64,000 nt of DNA, from NCBI GenBank assembly GCA_965153455.1, contig OZ234493.1, positions 26,340,213 to 26,404,212 on the forward strand, read 5' to 3'. Below, one piece after another: positions 39,601 through 54,262 of the stretch (the first letter of the stretch is position 1; every line of letters begins with the position of its first letter). A program made the translations under genes and the position numbers. A model generated the notes under the pieces. It was not told where the DNA came from. It saw only the letters and a list, made by a program, of their open reading frames with translations, and ran no database searches. The DNA comes from Sphagnum compactum. Lineage: Eukaryota.

Positions 39601-40465
39601 AATTGGTAAAATCTTTACACTAAAACTTATAATTCAATGGTTATTATAATAGTGTAATAATGACATATCTTTAAATTCAACAAAAACTAAGGCTCTATAT
39701 ATGACATACATAATTAAAATTGTCTTCAATATTGATAGTTCAACAATACATTCAACATCGAACATACATGTCCAACAATCTTTATTTGGTATATCAAGTT
39801 ATCATTAGACTCATTAAATAAACTTACATGCCAATATGAACAATTGTAACTTGTTGTAATAGATGAAATATTGTGTGTTAATGTTAGAATTCTTAACATT
39901 ATGAATAATAGGTCAAGGTCCATAAAACATATATTTTAAAAAATTTGATGGTCTTGATGTTATCATGATAGGTGTTTTCAATCAAGCACCTATTGTGAAA
40001 GATAGTTAAATCTTTCAAAATATTAAAACAATATTGATGTACCAACACCAAATGTTTTGTAAACTTATGTCCAATCTTATCAAGTAAATATAATTATGCA
40101 ACAATCTAATATGTTATTCATAAAAACTTTGAACAAATTTCGTATTATGACAAAAATTACAAAAGATATTCAATGTATAAATTCAATTTGTTATCAATAA
40201 CCACCCATGAACAATAATATAATTCCATACTTATTTTGTACAAATAAACTTGTGCAAAAACACAATGAGAAGGTGTTCATTAACACATTAGGTTTCACAT
40301 TTAATGACATTAACCACCCATAATGCCTACCATTTTACAAACTTTCTCAAATCATCCAAGTAAAATTATAGGTTTGCATTATGCAATTCATATAAAATAT
40401 ATATGTTAGTTAAATTATGGGTTGAAAATTATGCAACATATGATGGTTTTGTGAATGGTATTTAA
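36690..40465 (+). mobile_element. Decayed Helitron (Helentron-like) Rep/PIF1-helicase ORF, 3' truncated
   Basis: Read across many stops and frameshifts: Cys clusters (YFCCERL), KIYKLYGYGKYSMHG...NVDQIQSIL (~37010), FAIIWQLGPPTFIATFT (~37840), QNAQQHQNTHTCKKK (~38250), ANKNIQIILKSYATTRY (~38610), Walker A GGDGIGK (~39590), VVIDEI (~39855), DVIMIG...QAPIVKD (~39955), MQQS (~40095), ENYATYDGFVNG (~40425). Confidence 0.85.
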
Positions 40466-40866
40466 AGCAAAAGCTTGGAGGGGGCTGTCTAGGTGTCATT
40501 TACAAGCATACCATATGAGATACAATACATTCCGAGAACATTATTAGCCTCATTGTATGCAACAAAAATTTGAAAAAATATGTCATGTTATCAGTCTGCA
40601 GAACTACAGTTTAGAAAAGTGAACCTGTTAAGTTAGAGATATCAATTTCAAATATCCTTCACACCTAAATTCAGAAGGATGTGGGCTGTATGCACTGAGT
40701 CAAGACTATTAAGATAACTCCAGATTATGAGAAGCATGACTGCTCCAGCAAATACAATTGTTGGCGGGAGCCTAGAGGATAAGATGTAGCACAGATGTCG
40801 ATGTCCCATGGCAAGCGCATTTATGCAAGCATGGGAAGCAACAAGTATTGTGGCACAAAGTTTCTG

Positions 40867-43800
40867 TCAATGGTTTAACCCCTTTGGATCCAATAAATAA
40901 GCTTCAATAATAGCTGAGAAATCCTGGTCACCAAGGCCTTCTGCTTTGGCCCGTTTGTAGATATCATTTACAGAAGCTGCTACAGGGGTAGGTTGTGCAA
41001 CATCTTCTGCCATTGCTAGTGCAAGCCGTAAATCCTGTCAAACCCAGTTGTCATGCATGGAATCAGAATATAGACCATAATCCAGAGTTCCAGCTTGTGA
41101 AGATAAGACACTTCACGCTTCTAGTATCCAGTTTCCCAAGGTCTCAAAGTTCCCTGTGAGCTTACAGTTATTGAGAAGTTCACCAGGCAAGGTCCCAACC
41201 CACAACAGTATCCAGAGAATTCCTCACATGGAAAGAGCCCATCTGTACTATCTTCTCCTTCTGTCACAACTGTTTCTGCTTTATGTGGAGAGGGGCTAGA
41301 ATTTCTAACCTTTTGCTGATGCTTGAGAGGGAATGCGGGTGGGTAGCTCCCTTTCACCATAGATGGTCCCTTCATAGCAAACATAGGTGCAGCAATTGCA
41401 CCTTGTCCCACCACCTGAGGGCCCCAATGCATCATTTACTTGAACTTAAAACTTTTGAAGGATAATAAGCCCTAAACCAGGAACCCTACCCCTCCCCCAC
41501 AAAAAACCTGCCATTGACTGTCTCACCAGAAAGCTTTGCATTTCAGACTGTGGGAGATATCATGATTCGGAGAATCTACATTTGCAATCACAACTGTGGA
41601 TTTCAGTACCTCAACAATGGTGGCTGGGTCAAGTCCAACTTTCTTTCCAAGTACCAGGCCTTCTGAAAATGATGCCATCATGCTGCAGTTGACCACATTG
41701 TGTGAGAATTGTGGCTAGAGAAAAATCCTTACACTAAGCCCGACCACAATAGCAAGTACAACAGTTTCCAAGACAGCCTGGTAAGAATGCCAACAATCTT
41801 ACCTAGGGCAAAATATGTTTCATAAGCATTGAGAAATTCTCCATACTGATGACTTAAGTCAACGAATGACCTAATAATAAGGTTATAAGCATTTCAGATC
41901 CAAACAACATATTAGGAAAAAGAAATAGAGAAGGGAGATCCAACCCTAGAAAACAGAGAAAAGACTGAAGAGCAGTTTGAACAATAGCAGCAGCCACACA
42001 CAAGTTCAGCAACCTTGAACAGCAATATGTATGATGCTGACCCACTACCATAAATCCTCAATGACTTCATCTGCTCCCAGGCAGTGGGTGAGAGTCAGAC
42101 ATTAAACAACATACTGAATTTGTCACAAGACTGGTAGTAACAGGAACACTCCGTCATGATGCTGGCTAGCTCAAACAAAGCATTAAAAGAAGGAGATGAC
42201 CAAAGAAAACAAGATGGGGAACACCCAAAAAAACCAAAAACCAACCAAACAAAAAAACAAGGAAAAAAGAAGGGAGAAACAACATAGAGAAACTCAAAAG
42301 AATGATCCTTTTTAGAACAAATTCATAATCTACTAGAAATACTCTAAACCCTTCAAAATTAGAGTGATCCACTGCTTGCTCAAATACTTGATATTTGTTT
42401 CCTCCTAAAGAGAGGTTCTAATTGAATGATTGTATGCAAGGAGTAGGAGCAACTAGATTCCTGTGAGATATCTTGGTCAAAGAACTAACCTGCCCATGAT
42501 CATGTTCACCACAAGCTTCATAGCTGCGCCGTTCCCCACCTCCCCCAAATAAAATCGTGACTGCAAACATGTTCACATGCAACACTCACAACTCCCATGA
42601 AGTTGCCTGTATTGGGCCCATTAGCCTAGTGCCAATCAGGATCCTGTACTAGGGCTGGCATGCACCTATAGCCACTCAGATTGGTACCAGCTCAAAAACA
42701 CAAAGAATATTAGATGATGAGAGTGTGTGAAGTAAAATCTGCTGACCTTGCCCATGACATCTAGGAAAGGCACCACCTTATCATATAGAGATTTATCACC
42801 TGAAAACATGGATTGGAAACACAACATTCTTACTAATAATCAAAAGGATGACCTCCTTGTGTTTGGCCTTTCTGGGAAACCAAACAGAAAATTTCCTTTC
42901 AACCCCTAATGGCCTAACACACTCAAAAAGAAGAACACTTTCACCTTCTCTGCAACCAGTAACTTTGATAACGAGAAAATAGGTCAAGAGAGAAACCCTT
43001 TGGACTTAGACAAAACCAAGAAACTCAGCATGTCTTCAGCACTCTGGTTTCTGCCATACACTTGTGATGATGAGCATGAGAGCTTTGGATTATTCCAATA
43101 ACAACTGACAGGATGACAATCTAACTGTGTGAGAAGGCAGTTTGAGGAGCTAAAGATATTACTGTTGTGGAATCAGATAACAACAGAGTAAACAAATGCT
43201 TAATTAAGAAGAAGAAGGATACCAGCAGTCAAAAAGATCAGTGTTCCATCTTCTGCAGGTTTCTTGGAGCCAGAAACAGGTGCCTGGCATCCAGTTATAG
43301 GCACCACATTAGAAAGTTCCTCAAGAAAAATTGGGCAGGAATCTCTTGATCAGTGTGTGCAGAATTATTAGCAGATATGCTTGATGATGCATATGGCAGT
43401 GAACCCATACATTTTGATACATTCCACAAAATGAGAGATTCAGGTCCAAAAAGGGGACTGAAACACAACCAAATTCAGTTGATTCAACTGAGGACCTTAC
43501 CTCCACCTTCTATAGTCAGAACTAAACCTATTGCTGTTTGGGCATGCACCTAAGGAAATGCAGCTCCCCTTTCACAAATCACTACCAAGTAATCAAGTCT
43601 TGTAATGGATAGATAGCAGCCTGGAACCTATCAATTAATCCACACCTCACATCAACACTCCAAGTCGACACTCAAAGCACTAATGCGGTAATGAAGTCAC
43701 CTCAAGGAACTCAGCGCCTTTAGCTTGGACAGCTTTATATATGGCCTTGGATGTATCACCATCAACAGTTGAGACATCCACATACCTACAATCATGTGAA

Positions 43801-46647
43801 TGGGTGTTCCTGTTAACCTACAAGGATTTGTCTTCATACATTATTCTCCTGACATTTGATGGTCTACTCTTGACACAAAGATGTGAATTTGACCATCCTG
43901 AAATTAAAGCATGTTGCTGCAATAGGTGGTTGATGAACCATACAAAACGAATTCATGAGTACATAGTCATATCAAGTTGTATTCAACCACCTAAATGATG
44001 TTAGCACCTAGGTTGTGCTCATCATGGAGCTACATGCTGGGCACATATTTCAGTATTTGTGCCACAACACTGCAGGCTACCTTGATTTGTGAAAATGGAC
44101 TTTACTCTATTGCAATTTGCAGGCAGAAATATAACCTGTGGAACATACCCTTTGCCTGGACCTAAGCCTTTGACTGCACCATCTTCACCACAAGCAACCT
44201 CAATCTGCAAATTACAACCACAAATCCTCAAATTGATCAGGGTCAACTACAAAATCTCCTAGCTGCAGGACAAGAAAAATCTTTCATAAGAATAGAGAAA
44301 TCTCCATTCTCACAATGAAGAAGAAACAGCAAGGAACACTTCCTCAGTAAGCCACAGAAAGAACCAAACTAGGGAATCCCCACTTACAAGACCCGAAGCA
44401 AAATCATTCTGAAAGACAAAAGAACAAAACAAGAAGAAACAGAAACAGAAAAAGTACACAAACACGGGAGGAGAAATAACTTACTAATCACTTCAGACAT
44501 GTAAAACTTTAGAATGACTCTCCGAGGAGCTAAAGGCTTACTTCTTTGAACCTACAAGAGGACCTTATAGGTAACCAAAGAATGTCATGAAGAATAGGAA
44601 AGGACTTAAAACAAAAAGCTGCATCAATTGTTCAGTGTAATAGTTGGCATCTTGTTACTGGCCGATCTAATCATGATCTCAGTTTCGAACATTGTAACCA
44701 CAGTTTCAAAAGTAACCATATATTACATGCAATTTGTGATGATTATCTCTGGAATCCCCTGTATTTTTAGAACATGTGCATCCTTTATGTTCAAGAGTCC
44801 TGAAATGGTCAGACAAGGGATACTCAAGATCTGGCCCAAAAATTTCACATGTAAGTAATCAGCAGGGTAAAGACAAAGGTGGCATCTCTTTGTTTTCAGT
44901 GCTATGTTCATTTTAACAGATTCCATGTTCTTTCATATTTGAAAGTATGCATAATGTAAGATGACCATAAGAATAAAGGTTGAGGACCAAACTGCACCAG
45001 CTGGGTCTGCCAGCATTGCAAAAGTAATATCACAAGCCCCCGCTGTTTGCATGGGTGATGCCCCTCTCCTGCACACCATTACTACTCTCAGGTCAGGCGC
45101 TAACAACCAAAACATCTGGTGATGGGTCTAATCTTTCCTCTCACCAACTCAACTGCCAGATTTTTTGAAAATAATTTATGCTACTGTCACTACCTTGACC
45201 ATTGCACAATGACAGCTCCTATCAATTGAGAAGTCTCCACAAAATGCATCCATTCTCATTAGCCACACAGAACAGAATCCTATGGATATAGACTATTAGA
45301 GAACACTGTACTGAACCTGTTGTCCAGCACCTTTTGCAGCCATTAAGAACAACTTCTCGGCGTTGGAAATTGAATGTGCTAAAAGATTGAAAAGCTCTTT
45401 GGGGAAAACATTTCCAGGTCACATTCCCTCAGATAATCAGAACTGTCTGGTACTCAAGGTCAATTAAATGCCCTAGAAACACACTATAAACTTGCTGGAA
45501 ATGGTGAGAAACAATTGAGCCAATTTACAAGAAAATGGAAAAGCCTCTTAACATAATCACCACTTCAATTTGGACGCAAACAGCCACAAAGTCAGGGAAC
45601 TGAAAAAAAAACTTAGAAAAAGGAGAATCAAATCATGGGTCCCAGAAAGGGTCAGAATGGGAGGATGGGATCATGAATAACTGCAGAATACAGAGACTTA
45701 CTTGGCACCTTCAGATACCAGAGCATCACACTTGCTGGTTGTCCTGTTCCACACTGTAACATCATACCTGACAGTAATTCCAACAGACAGAATTCAGCAG
45801 GTAGTAACCAGTTCACAGTTTACAAAAGGCAAATATAACATGAATGAGTGCAGAATCAAATACCAGACCAATGCAGCTAGCAAATCAGGACAGATCAGAG
45901 ATAAAAGTCTATACCCAGCTTTTACAAGGTTGCGTGCCATAGCTGTTCCCATGATGCCGAGTCCAAGAAATCCAATACTAGGCAATGGTTGCTCCCTCTC
46001 TACAAAATCCACATTGTGAGGAAGGTAGATCAGCCATAGTGCCCCAGAGATTGTGACATGCTACTATTAGGGCTTCATATGAGTATCTTGAAAGCAATGA
46101 TTCCCAAGCTGATTGCTAAGCTCGTCAGGGCTAAGCATTGCGTGCAACAGGGCAGAAACAGAGAAGAAATCACAGAGATAGACTGCCAGAGAATAACCAG
46201 CACATTATCATGTTAAATAGAGATCAAAACCACGGCTACAATGCCTTGGTTTTCTCTTTTCCACGGACATACTCCTACAAAATGTAAGTCCACCAACAAA
46301 ATTTCAAATCGTGTATCCACAAAACGGTAACAGAAAGCGCCAGTAGAGAACTTGGAATCCCGAATGCAAAATCTCACGTGAGCAGAAGAGGGTAGAGAGA
46401 GGGAGAGAGATATATAATACTGACCTCCATCAGATTGGGACTTGACAACAAAGCTTCTACGAGGAGGAGAAGGATGGCAGGGGGAGGGAGTAAGAGAACA
46501 CGGGATGCGAGCAGCAGCTGCAGGCAGACGGAGGCCGTGACTGGCGAAGCATGGGATGCGACGATGGAGCACGACAGGCAGGAATAGGAAGAAAGAAGGG
46601 AGTGATGTACCTGCGACGACGGGAACAGCTTTGGCCATAGCCGCCAT
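40867..46647 (-). CDS. GLYR2: Glyoxylate/succinic semialdehyde reductase 2, plastid type (beta-hydroxyacid dehydrogenase family), ~373 aa
   Basis: 12 GT-AG exons joining in frame (1122 nt): 46647-46425, 45999-45915, 45767-45702, 45068-44993, 44204-44149, 43785-43701, 43283-43223, 42799-42747, 42560-42490, 41682-41610, 41414-41310, 41034-40867. Motifs IGFLGLGIMG, VWNRT, TFAMLADP, YVDVSTVD, FLEAPVSGSKKPAEDG, GNGAAMKLVVNMIMGSMM, FPLKHQQKDLRLAL. Transit peptide in exon 1. Confidence 0.95.
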
Positions 46648-46670
46648 AGCTTTGTGCTGTGTCCCGCTCG

Positions 46671-46674
<4 letters not shown>

Positions 46675-46709
<35 letters not shown>
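46675..46709 (-). repeat. (GA)n microsatellite just upstream of the GLYR2 start codon
   Basis: (CT)n run on +, ~30 nt before the ATG on the minus strand; probably in the 5'UTR. Confidence 0.9.
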
Positions 46710-46712
<3 letters not shown>

Positions 46713-46849
46713 GCTGCGCAGACGCCCACCACCACTCTTTGTCTCCCCGCTATCGTCCTACGTTCACGCCTCTCAAATAGACGAGCACTTCAGTTGCTTT
46801 GATTGATCTCTTTTTCCACCCAAAAGTGCACAAAAGTGGAACGTAAGAC

Positions 46850-47060
46850 CAGTGTTGGGCGGTTCTTTGAATTTTTTAAGAACCGTCAGTTCCGGTTCTT
46901 TCAATGTTTTAAAATCGAAGACTCACAAGTTCCGGTTCTTTCAAACCCCTTGACGAATGCACAGGTTTCATGAAAGAACCGGAAAAGAACAGTGATTATT
47001 CTTTGGTCGGTTCTTTGACTGTTCGGTTTGCTTAAACGCGAAAAATCAAAGAACCAAGTT
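46850..47060 (+). mobile_element. hAT-type element end with subterminal repeats
   Basis: CAGTGTTGGGCGGTTCT at 46850, the same terminus as the 18483 MITE, followed by many GGTTCTTT/AAAGAACC repeats. Decayed copies of this end at 12917 and 50814. Confidence 0.7.
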
Positions 47061-50000
47061 TGGTGCTTAATTGTTAGTTATTTGAGATGCTAAAATGAGA
47101 TTTTTAAAATTAGGGTAAGAAAGTTAGGGTTTGCATCATTGTTGAAAGCATTAAGAAATGCGTTTATTTATAATTTTTTTCTAAAAAGAAGAATTTTATT
47201 TTTTATGTTAGAAGTTGTATAGTTTTTCCAATGTTAGGGTTTTTGTAGCAAAAGTTGTTTGAAGAGGTTCAAACTCTTTCAAGATTAGTTAGTTGAAGTG
47301 TGTATTTGTTCCTTACATAAGATGGTACATTCTATAAGTGGATTCTATAAATGGGTATTGAAAGAATAGATGTGGAAAATTATTGTTGTTGTTGGTAGAA
47401 TTTTGTGGAATTTTTTAGGTGTTCTAGAGTATTGAAGATAGAATAGTGTGACTATTGACGTAGGATTCAGCAGAACTTGTGGCGAATTGATTGTGTAACA
47501 ATCTCAGGAGGCTTGGAGCTCAGTGTAAAAGAAGGAGATGTAAATGCCATTGGCTACTATTGGAGGTATTCAACAATTTTTGGTTTTTTTGTTTATATGT
47601 AATGATAGAGCCCTAGATGGCTTTGGAGATGGATCCATTAATGAAAATTGGGCATTATAGATTAGAAAAAAAAAAAATTGCTTTTAGTTTTATACAACTT
47701 GTTAGCACATAAAATGTTGTGAAATTTATCGCACAAGATATGTTTGTAACCTTTGGAGTTATAAGTAACATTTTTACATTACTCAAATTCCATGTTGGTT
47801 TTGTGGTTGATTTGTTTTATATAAATATTGCATGCTTCATTTCCAATGCCAACAAGTTCCATTATATTTTTTGATGTAAAAAACTTGCAAGAAATTTAGT
47901 TTTTCATTATTATTCAAATGGAAATAATTTCCATGGGGAATGTTAATAGACGAATCATGACCATAAGTGTCATGATGAAGTTTGTTAGTATCTTTACGTG
48001 ACTTGATGTTTCAAACATCAAATGTCTAAAATCTACAACATAAATTTATAGTTCACATGAGTGTTTTGGAGAAGCTTTTTCATAATTTGAGGTTGGTTTG
48101 TTGAGAAAAAAATTCATGTTTCCTCACATTTATACACATGCATGGCACAATTTTCAAAGACATTTACACATAGCTGTTGTGTGGATGTGTTTTGTTGAAC
48201 ATTTTTGGAACATCATCATCCTTTCTCTTGCAACCGGAATTTTTGGCATGCATATCAAAAAGGCAATTAGTATTAGAAACATAAGAAACTAAGTTGCTAG
48301 TTTTAAACAAATATTGTACACCACATAACCCTTTATGCGAAATATGGACAAAATACAATTATATCATCTCGAGGAGTAATAAATAAGTAAATTTAAATCT
48401 TAAATATAATTTTGTTTGTTTATTTAGTGGACCTGAAAATTAAAACTATATGTTGGATTTATAATAATGTAAGGTTTTAATATAGTGTGCAGGTGAACTA
48501 GCTATACTGATCAAAATTTTGGAAGAAATCTTTTTGTATAACAATCATTGTATTATCAAAGTTATTGAGATCAATTTAATCAAGCTCTTTTATGTTGGAA
48601 ATAGATGATAATATTTAAATAACATTGGTTACAAAATTAAGTGGCATAATTGGAAAATGGTTTTCATGAGATGCATAATAAAAGAACATGAATAGGTCAT
48701 CTTCTAAATACATGCATGAATCAACAACTATCTATACCTAAACATAATGTGTTTGTGACAATAGTTTTTATATGCATATTATTTAAAATAAATTTTTTTG
48801 AAATAAGAAATATTTTTTACAAATGGTTTCTAACTTGTAAAGACTAAGTGATATATAAAATACATTACATAAAATAGGTAAAAAGTATGTGAAAGTAGTG
48901 AAAACTAAGCAAGCACTAAATTAGCCTTACAAAATAAGAAATGAAAATTTGTTATGACTAATTTCCATTTGATTTTTTTTTAATGTTTATGTAGTATTAT
49001 ATGTTATTTTGTTTTGGTAATCATGTGTATAGGTGGATTGTAATGTGTGCAGGAAAAAGATTTATTACAAATGAAATTATGTGAAGTTTTAAACAACATT
49101 CCACATAACAAGGTTAACCTGTTTGAAATTTTAAATATTTATGAAGAGATATTATAGTATTTTCATAAACCAATTTTCATATACAATAGTTTTTTTAGAT
49201 GATATTTTTCATTTATTTCAAAATATGTGATGTAAAATTTTTTTATGGAAAAAATGATTAATAAAGGGTATAGTGAACCCCCAACCTTATATTCTTCAAT
49301 AGAAGCCAATCAATTTGTGGATGATTGGGCTAGCAAGAAAACAAAATTCGTAGACAACCACAACAAAATGCCAACCCCATGTACCCATCTCTTTCATTCA
49401 TACCATTTGTTTCTTGAAATGATTTTATGTTGGTTGCAATTGTAAAATCCCAACACAATTCAATTTATTTTCAGTATCCTATAAAATTTTGAGAAAAAAA
49501 TCTCAGTTTTACTCTAAAGAATAGTTCATATAATTCCATACTTTCATTTGATATGACATAAAAAGTTTCAATACATTTTCATCATTAAAATGTCTATATA
49601 AGAACAAGTCCCTCATAAGTTAAAAATGAAATCATCAACCTTAATCAAAATCCAATGGCGTTTTCTTTGCCAACATTGCACCCCAAAATTCAAAAATCCA
49701 TAGCTTTTGTAATTTTATTCTTTAAGCATCACAATCAATTGATTTATGTATATGTCTTGGTTATACCTTAAAAATGAGTCCTTATTGACAAAGTCTAACA
49801 TATACAATAAAAAATAGCAATTTTAATCAAACCTACTACAAAAGATTGTTATTGTTATTCCAAAAGTGGTCTACCCAACCATGCCATTGCCCCAAAGTAT
49901 TTACTTGAATTGTATGATTTGGTTTAACTTTTCCATCAATTTTTTTGCAAGTATGACTATCTCTCTATTATTCAATGGTCCTCAAAATGTGGCATGATCA

Positions 50001-53000
50001 ATTGTCAATTCAATTGTAATGCAATCATCAGTTCATGTTTTGAAAGTATTAGGTCCAAGTTTATTGAAAGCTATAATGTTTGGCAAGCCATATCAAATGG
50101 GGAAAATTAATATTTGATGATTATCTCTTGTGAATGCATGAATGATGATCTTTGTCAAACTAGTGATTACTTTCACCATATTCTTTCATTTATTTATATA
50201 TGCATCTAAAATATTCAAGTTGCTTCCAAATATTTCATTTTGAGTTTTCTTTTATGTCTTTTCAATCTATAAGTTCACAACTTAAATGTGATATATTGAA
50301 TCTATAAGGGATTTCAAATCATTTTGTGTTGCATATGCCAATTTTTGTTGAATAACAAATTCCTTCCTATGAATCCAATGTGACATCCAACTAAGGTTTG
50401 TCTTCTTATAATATTATTAAATGACACAAAAAATTATGGAGCTGTAGGACTTTCATTAATGTTAGATTTTGGTCCAAACAAAATCCTATTGATCGCACTC
50501 CAAGCATGTGATGAACATGTTGGAAAGGTGTTGCCCTTGTTATTGTTCTTTTGTTTGTTGCATTCTTGGGCACCTTAGGTGTAGCAAGACTTTACAAAAA
50601 TAAGATCATGATTTACAACTACATTCTAATTGTAAGTTGGAGTTTTGTATGTTGCATGAGTACTATATGCCTAACTTGTGAAGTTACCACTAACATTAAA
50701 CATTGCGCATTCCAACTTTGGATAGTTGTATTGATAGGAATCAAAATCTTTGCCCATGGGGGATCCTTGACCATTTCGCTACAACCTCTAATATTTGAGG
50801 AGTGGAAATGTACCAATGTTGGGTGGTTCTTTGAAATAAGGAAAAATACCTACCAATTTTATATTTAATTATATACAAATTTAATTGATGAGTATCAAAA
50901 ATTTTAAAAATTAAAGGTGTTAGAAACTTCTAGAGGTGAAGGAATAAAAGAACCTTGATGATGGAAAAAACTCAAAGGTTTTCAAAGCTCTTGTTAAGCT
51001 CAATAAACATGAAATCCAATTCTAATTTTTGTGTTTTTTGTCTTTGGCACTCAAGGGATGTATTTGGTGATGAAGCTTAGTTGTTTTTTATGTTATCATT
51101 GTAATAAGTTCTAAGAGCTTGAAGGTTGTATTTTTTAGCATTAAAGGTGAGGTAACCCAATGCAATAAATGTATTTATCCCTTGTCAACAATAAGTGCGA
51201 AATACCAAAAACAAAAAACTCTTCCAATTCGTTGTTGCAAAGTTCACATTTTTCATTTTGCATCATGATGGAAGAACCCAATGCATTCATCAAAGTGAAC
51301 TTTGATAAGCTTGGATGCATGATCTTAGTTGAGCTATTTCACAATTCACCTTTAGGGCCTTTGAGTATACCTAGGATTATAGAGAGAGAGAGCAACACTA
51401 TGTCATCTAGGACCCCAAATTCATCACAAGCTAATGGTAAGAACAAGAACCAAATTCTTAATGCACGCAAGCTTCTTAGTGCATACAAAACACCATCTCC
51501 ATCAATGCATAATATTGGAGTTGAAGAGGTTGACGAACTTGCCAAAACAATTAGGCAAATCACAAATATCACAAATGTGTATGTTTTTGATGTTTCACTT
51601 TTAAATTATAGGACACAAAGTTATTGACAATTCCAATAATGTTAGAGAAAAATGTTGCCTCATATAATGGGTCTATGATGACCAAATTTTTTTAAAAAAA
51701 AAATTCATGAAACTTTCATGATTCTTGGCTTTGTGTAACTAGTTTGAAATGTAGTTGAATTCTGATATGTTGTTTTGCATGTGAATTAAAACTTGAGCTT
51801 GATATATTGGAAACACAATAAACTAAATTACTGTGGGTTAGTCAATATAGTAGGTTGTATTTGGAAAAATAATAATATGGTGGAATTAAACACCCATGAA
51901 TTTTTTTAAAAGCAAGACCTTTGTTGGATTGTTATGCAAATGAAGAAGTGGATTTTTGTTTCAAACTTTCAAACTACAACAATTATGAGATGCATTGCAA
52001 GATGCATGTTGTTGAGTAATGTCATAATCAAACGAGCTAAAGAGGGCATCAAGACGACAAAAAAAAACAATCAAAATTGAAGAAATATTTATGTTATACC
52101 ATTTAAAACCATGGCAATCATGGCAAGTTGTTCCTTTCTCATTCATATGAATGTTAAGGAATTCAAATAAAAAATCCATTTGTAAAGTTTTAAGTTTTGA
52201 TTTAAAACTTTTGAAAATGAACACCTATTGTGTAAGAAGGAATCAATTTTGCAAAGGACTATCAAAAGGATTCATATAATAAAACAAAATTGGTGGGAAT
52301 TTTTTTAAAAAATAAAGACCTATTAGCCACATTCGAAAAACACTCATACTTTAAAATATGTGAAATTTAAAAACTTTAAAATTTCAAAGAATTTTCCAAA
52401 ATTGATCCGAAATTTTAGAACTTCAAATTCCCTTTACCACATATAAGTGGGGTATAATGTATATGACGTGTTAAGAAAAGTTGTAATTTATTATGAAAAA
52501 ATATTTTAAAAATAATGAATTGAAATTGTTATCATTTTAAAAAGTGCAACATTAAATTTACTAAGAATAAAAAAAATTCAAAAATTCATATTTTACTAAA
52601 AAATTATATAAAAAAGAAATCATGTACTTGAACAATTATAAGCATTTACTGTAACAATTTGCAAAAAAAATTGTTTAAAAAAATTCATTTGTATGAAAAA
52701 ATTATTTATAGACAAAAAAAATTAAAAATGCAATCATTTTCTAAAGTATGGTCATTTGCTCATTTGGTCTCGTTTGCACCCTGCTAGTCAATGCATCAAG
52801 AAAGATCTGACCATTTGGAATGACATAGGTACAAGAACTCAAGCTTTCCTGCCTTTCTCATTTTCAGTTCCCTGCCTCTCCGTGTTGTTTACTTGTCCAA
52901 TGTCTAGCAATATGTGGAAGGCACCTCACAATTGTATGCACACAAAATGTGGTTGGTGATGAATACATTAGTAGATTGTCGACTTTTCTTTTGGATCTTG

Positions 53001-53594
53001 TGTGGACTTTTTGTGGACTTTCAACAGCATTGTCTGTAAGTTTCCTTTACTACTTGGGAACCATGCTTGATTTCATCATACCGCAGGCTATTACCATGTT
53101 CTATCTTCAACATGGCTCTTATGAGATTTGCCAACAAGACTTGTTGACTTTGGTGTATTTCAATTCAATCAGGGACCCAGTGCCAACAGTGTGACCCTTC
53201 TGTGTAGAATTTGCATGTTAGGTGAGCCAATGTAAGTTACTAAATTCTAATCCATTAGCCTGTTGCTAATGGGTTTTGTTGAGTCTTCTAGAACATAAGC
53301 TGGTTTTATCTTGGCTTGCCAGAGTCTAATGATAATCTTTAACTGCCATTCAGCTCTTCTTTCTGTTTGCTTTGAGCGCATTGTACAACGACTCAGTTGC
53401 ATATGTTTTATTTTCTTGGTCATGCCTGTTTTGACTTAATTTTGACAGAGAATTTTATGCATTTCACCATGGAGAGTAACATTTCTTTTGGTGGCTTTGC
53501 GTTTGCCGAGTTCATTTTTCTTCAGTTTGATTTCTCCTGGAAACTTGTTCATATTCCAATGAATCGATATTTACCCAGAACACAGTAGGTTCAG

Positions 53595-53870
53595 CATTTG
53601 TTTTTCCTCAATTTTTTGATTTAGCTGAGGTGGTGATCATCCATAACCTGATTTAGCCAAATTTGGCTATTAAAAATGTGAGAAAAAATTAAATACCCTT
53701 ATGAAATTTTTGCTACTTATTAGACCATATATAGATAGCTGAAAATCTTTAAAGAATTTTTAGAATCTTTGTCGAATTTTGAGGATTCTTTCCAAAAACA
53801 TGATAGAATTTGCAACCAAAAGCTTTCAAAAAAATTGCAATAGTGCAAAATGTAGCAGAAAAAAAATGGT
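53595..53870 (+). mobile_element. MITE-like repeat, TAGCCAAATTTGGCTA family
   Basis: Perfect 16-bp palindrome at 53654-53669, preceded by the shared GATCATCCATA block. Confidence 0.6.
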
Positions 53871-54262
53871 TGATTAGGCTTGGTTAGTAAGGGCTTTATG
53901 ACATTTTTACCCCTACATATTCTAATGATCCATTAAGACCGGACGCTTGGTTTTTCTTCAAAATTCATCTCCAAGTGTATTTCCTTATGGTCTATACTGA
54001 TTCAACACCTGTCTCAGAACTGCATGTAGCTGAATCACATGTGAGCATCAAAATCTTCTTCACTCTACGTAAATATGGGACCTAAAATGTCATCACTGGT
54101 CGGTATTCACGTATTTACTGTTACATCAGGTATTCAACTTTCAACATCAAACTGTACACATCACAGCAGTGACTTGTCAAAAAGTGGTTGGCTAAGGACA
54201 TGTGATGATGTGTGTACCTGATTTGGTGAACTACCACACCAGCTTTGATCAAATAGATACAA

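Noticed and set aside
51169..51627. 152-aa ORF
   Set aside because: Lies inside the AT-rich decayed repeat block after a hAT-like end; no recognisable motifs.
47100..52750. Hidden genes in the AT-rich block
   Set aside because: Only short ORFs without consistent splice signals; looks like nested, mutated transposon remains that I cannot classify by eye.
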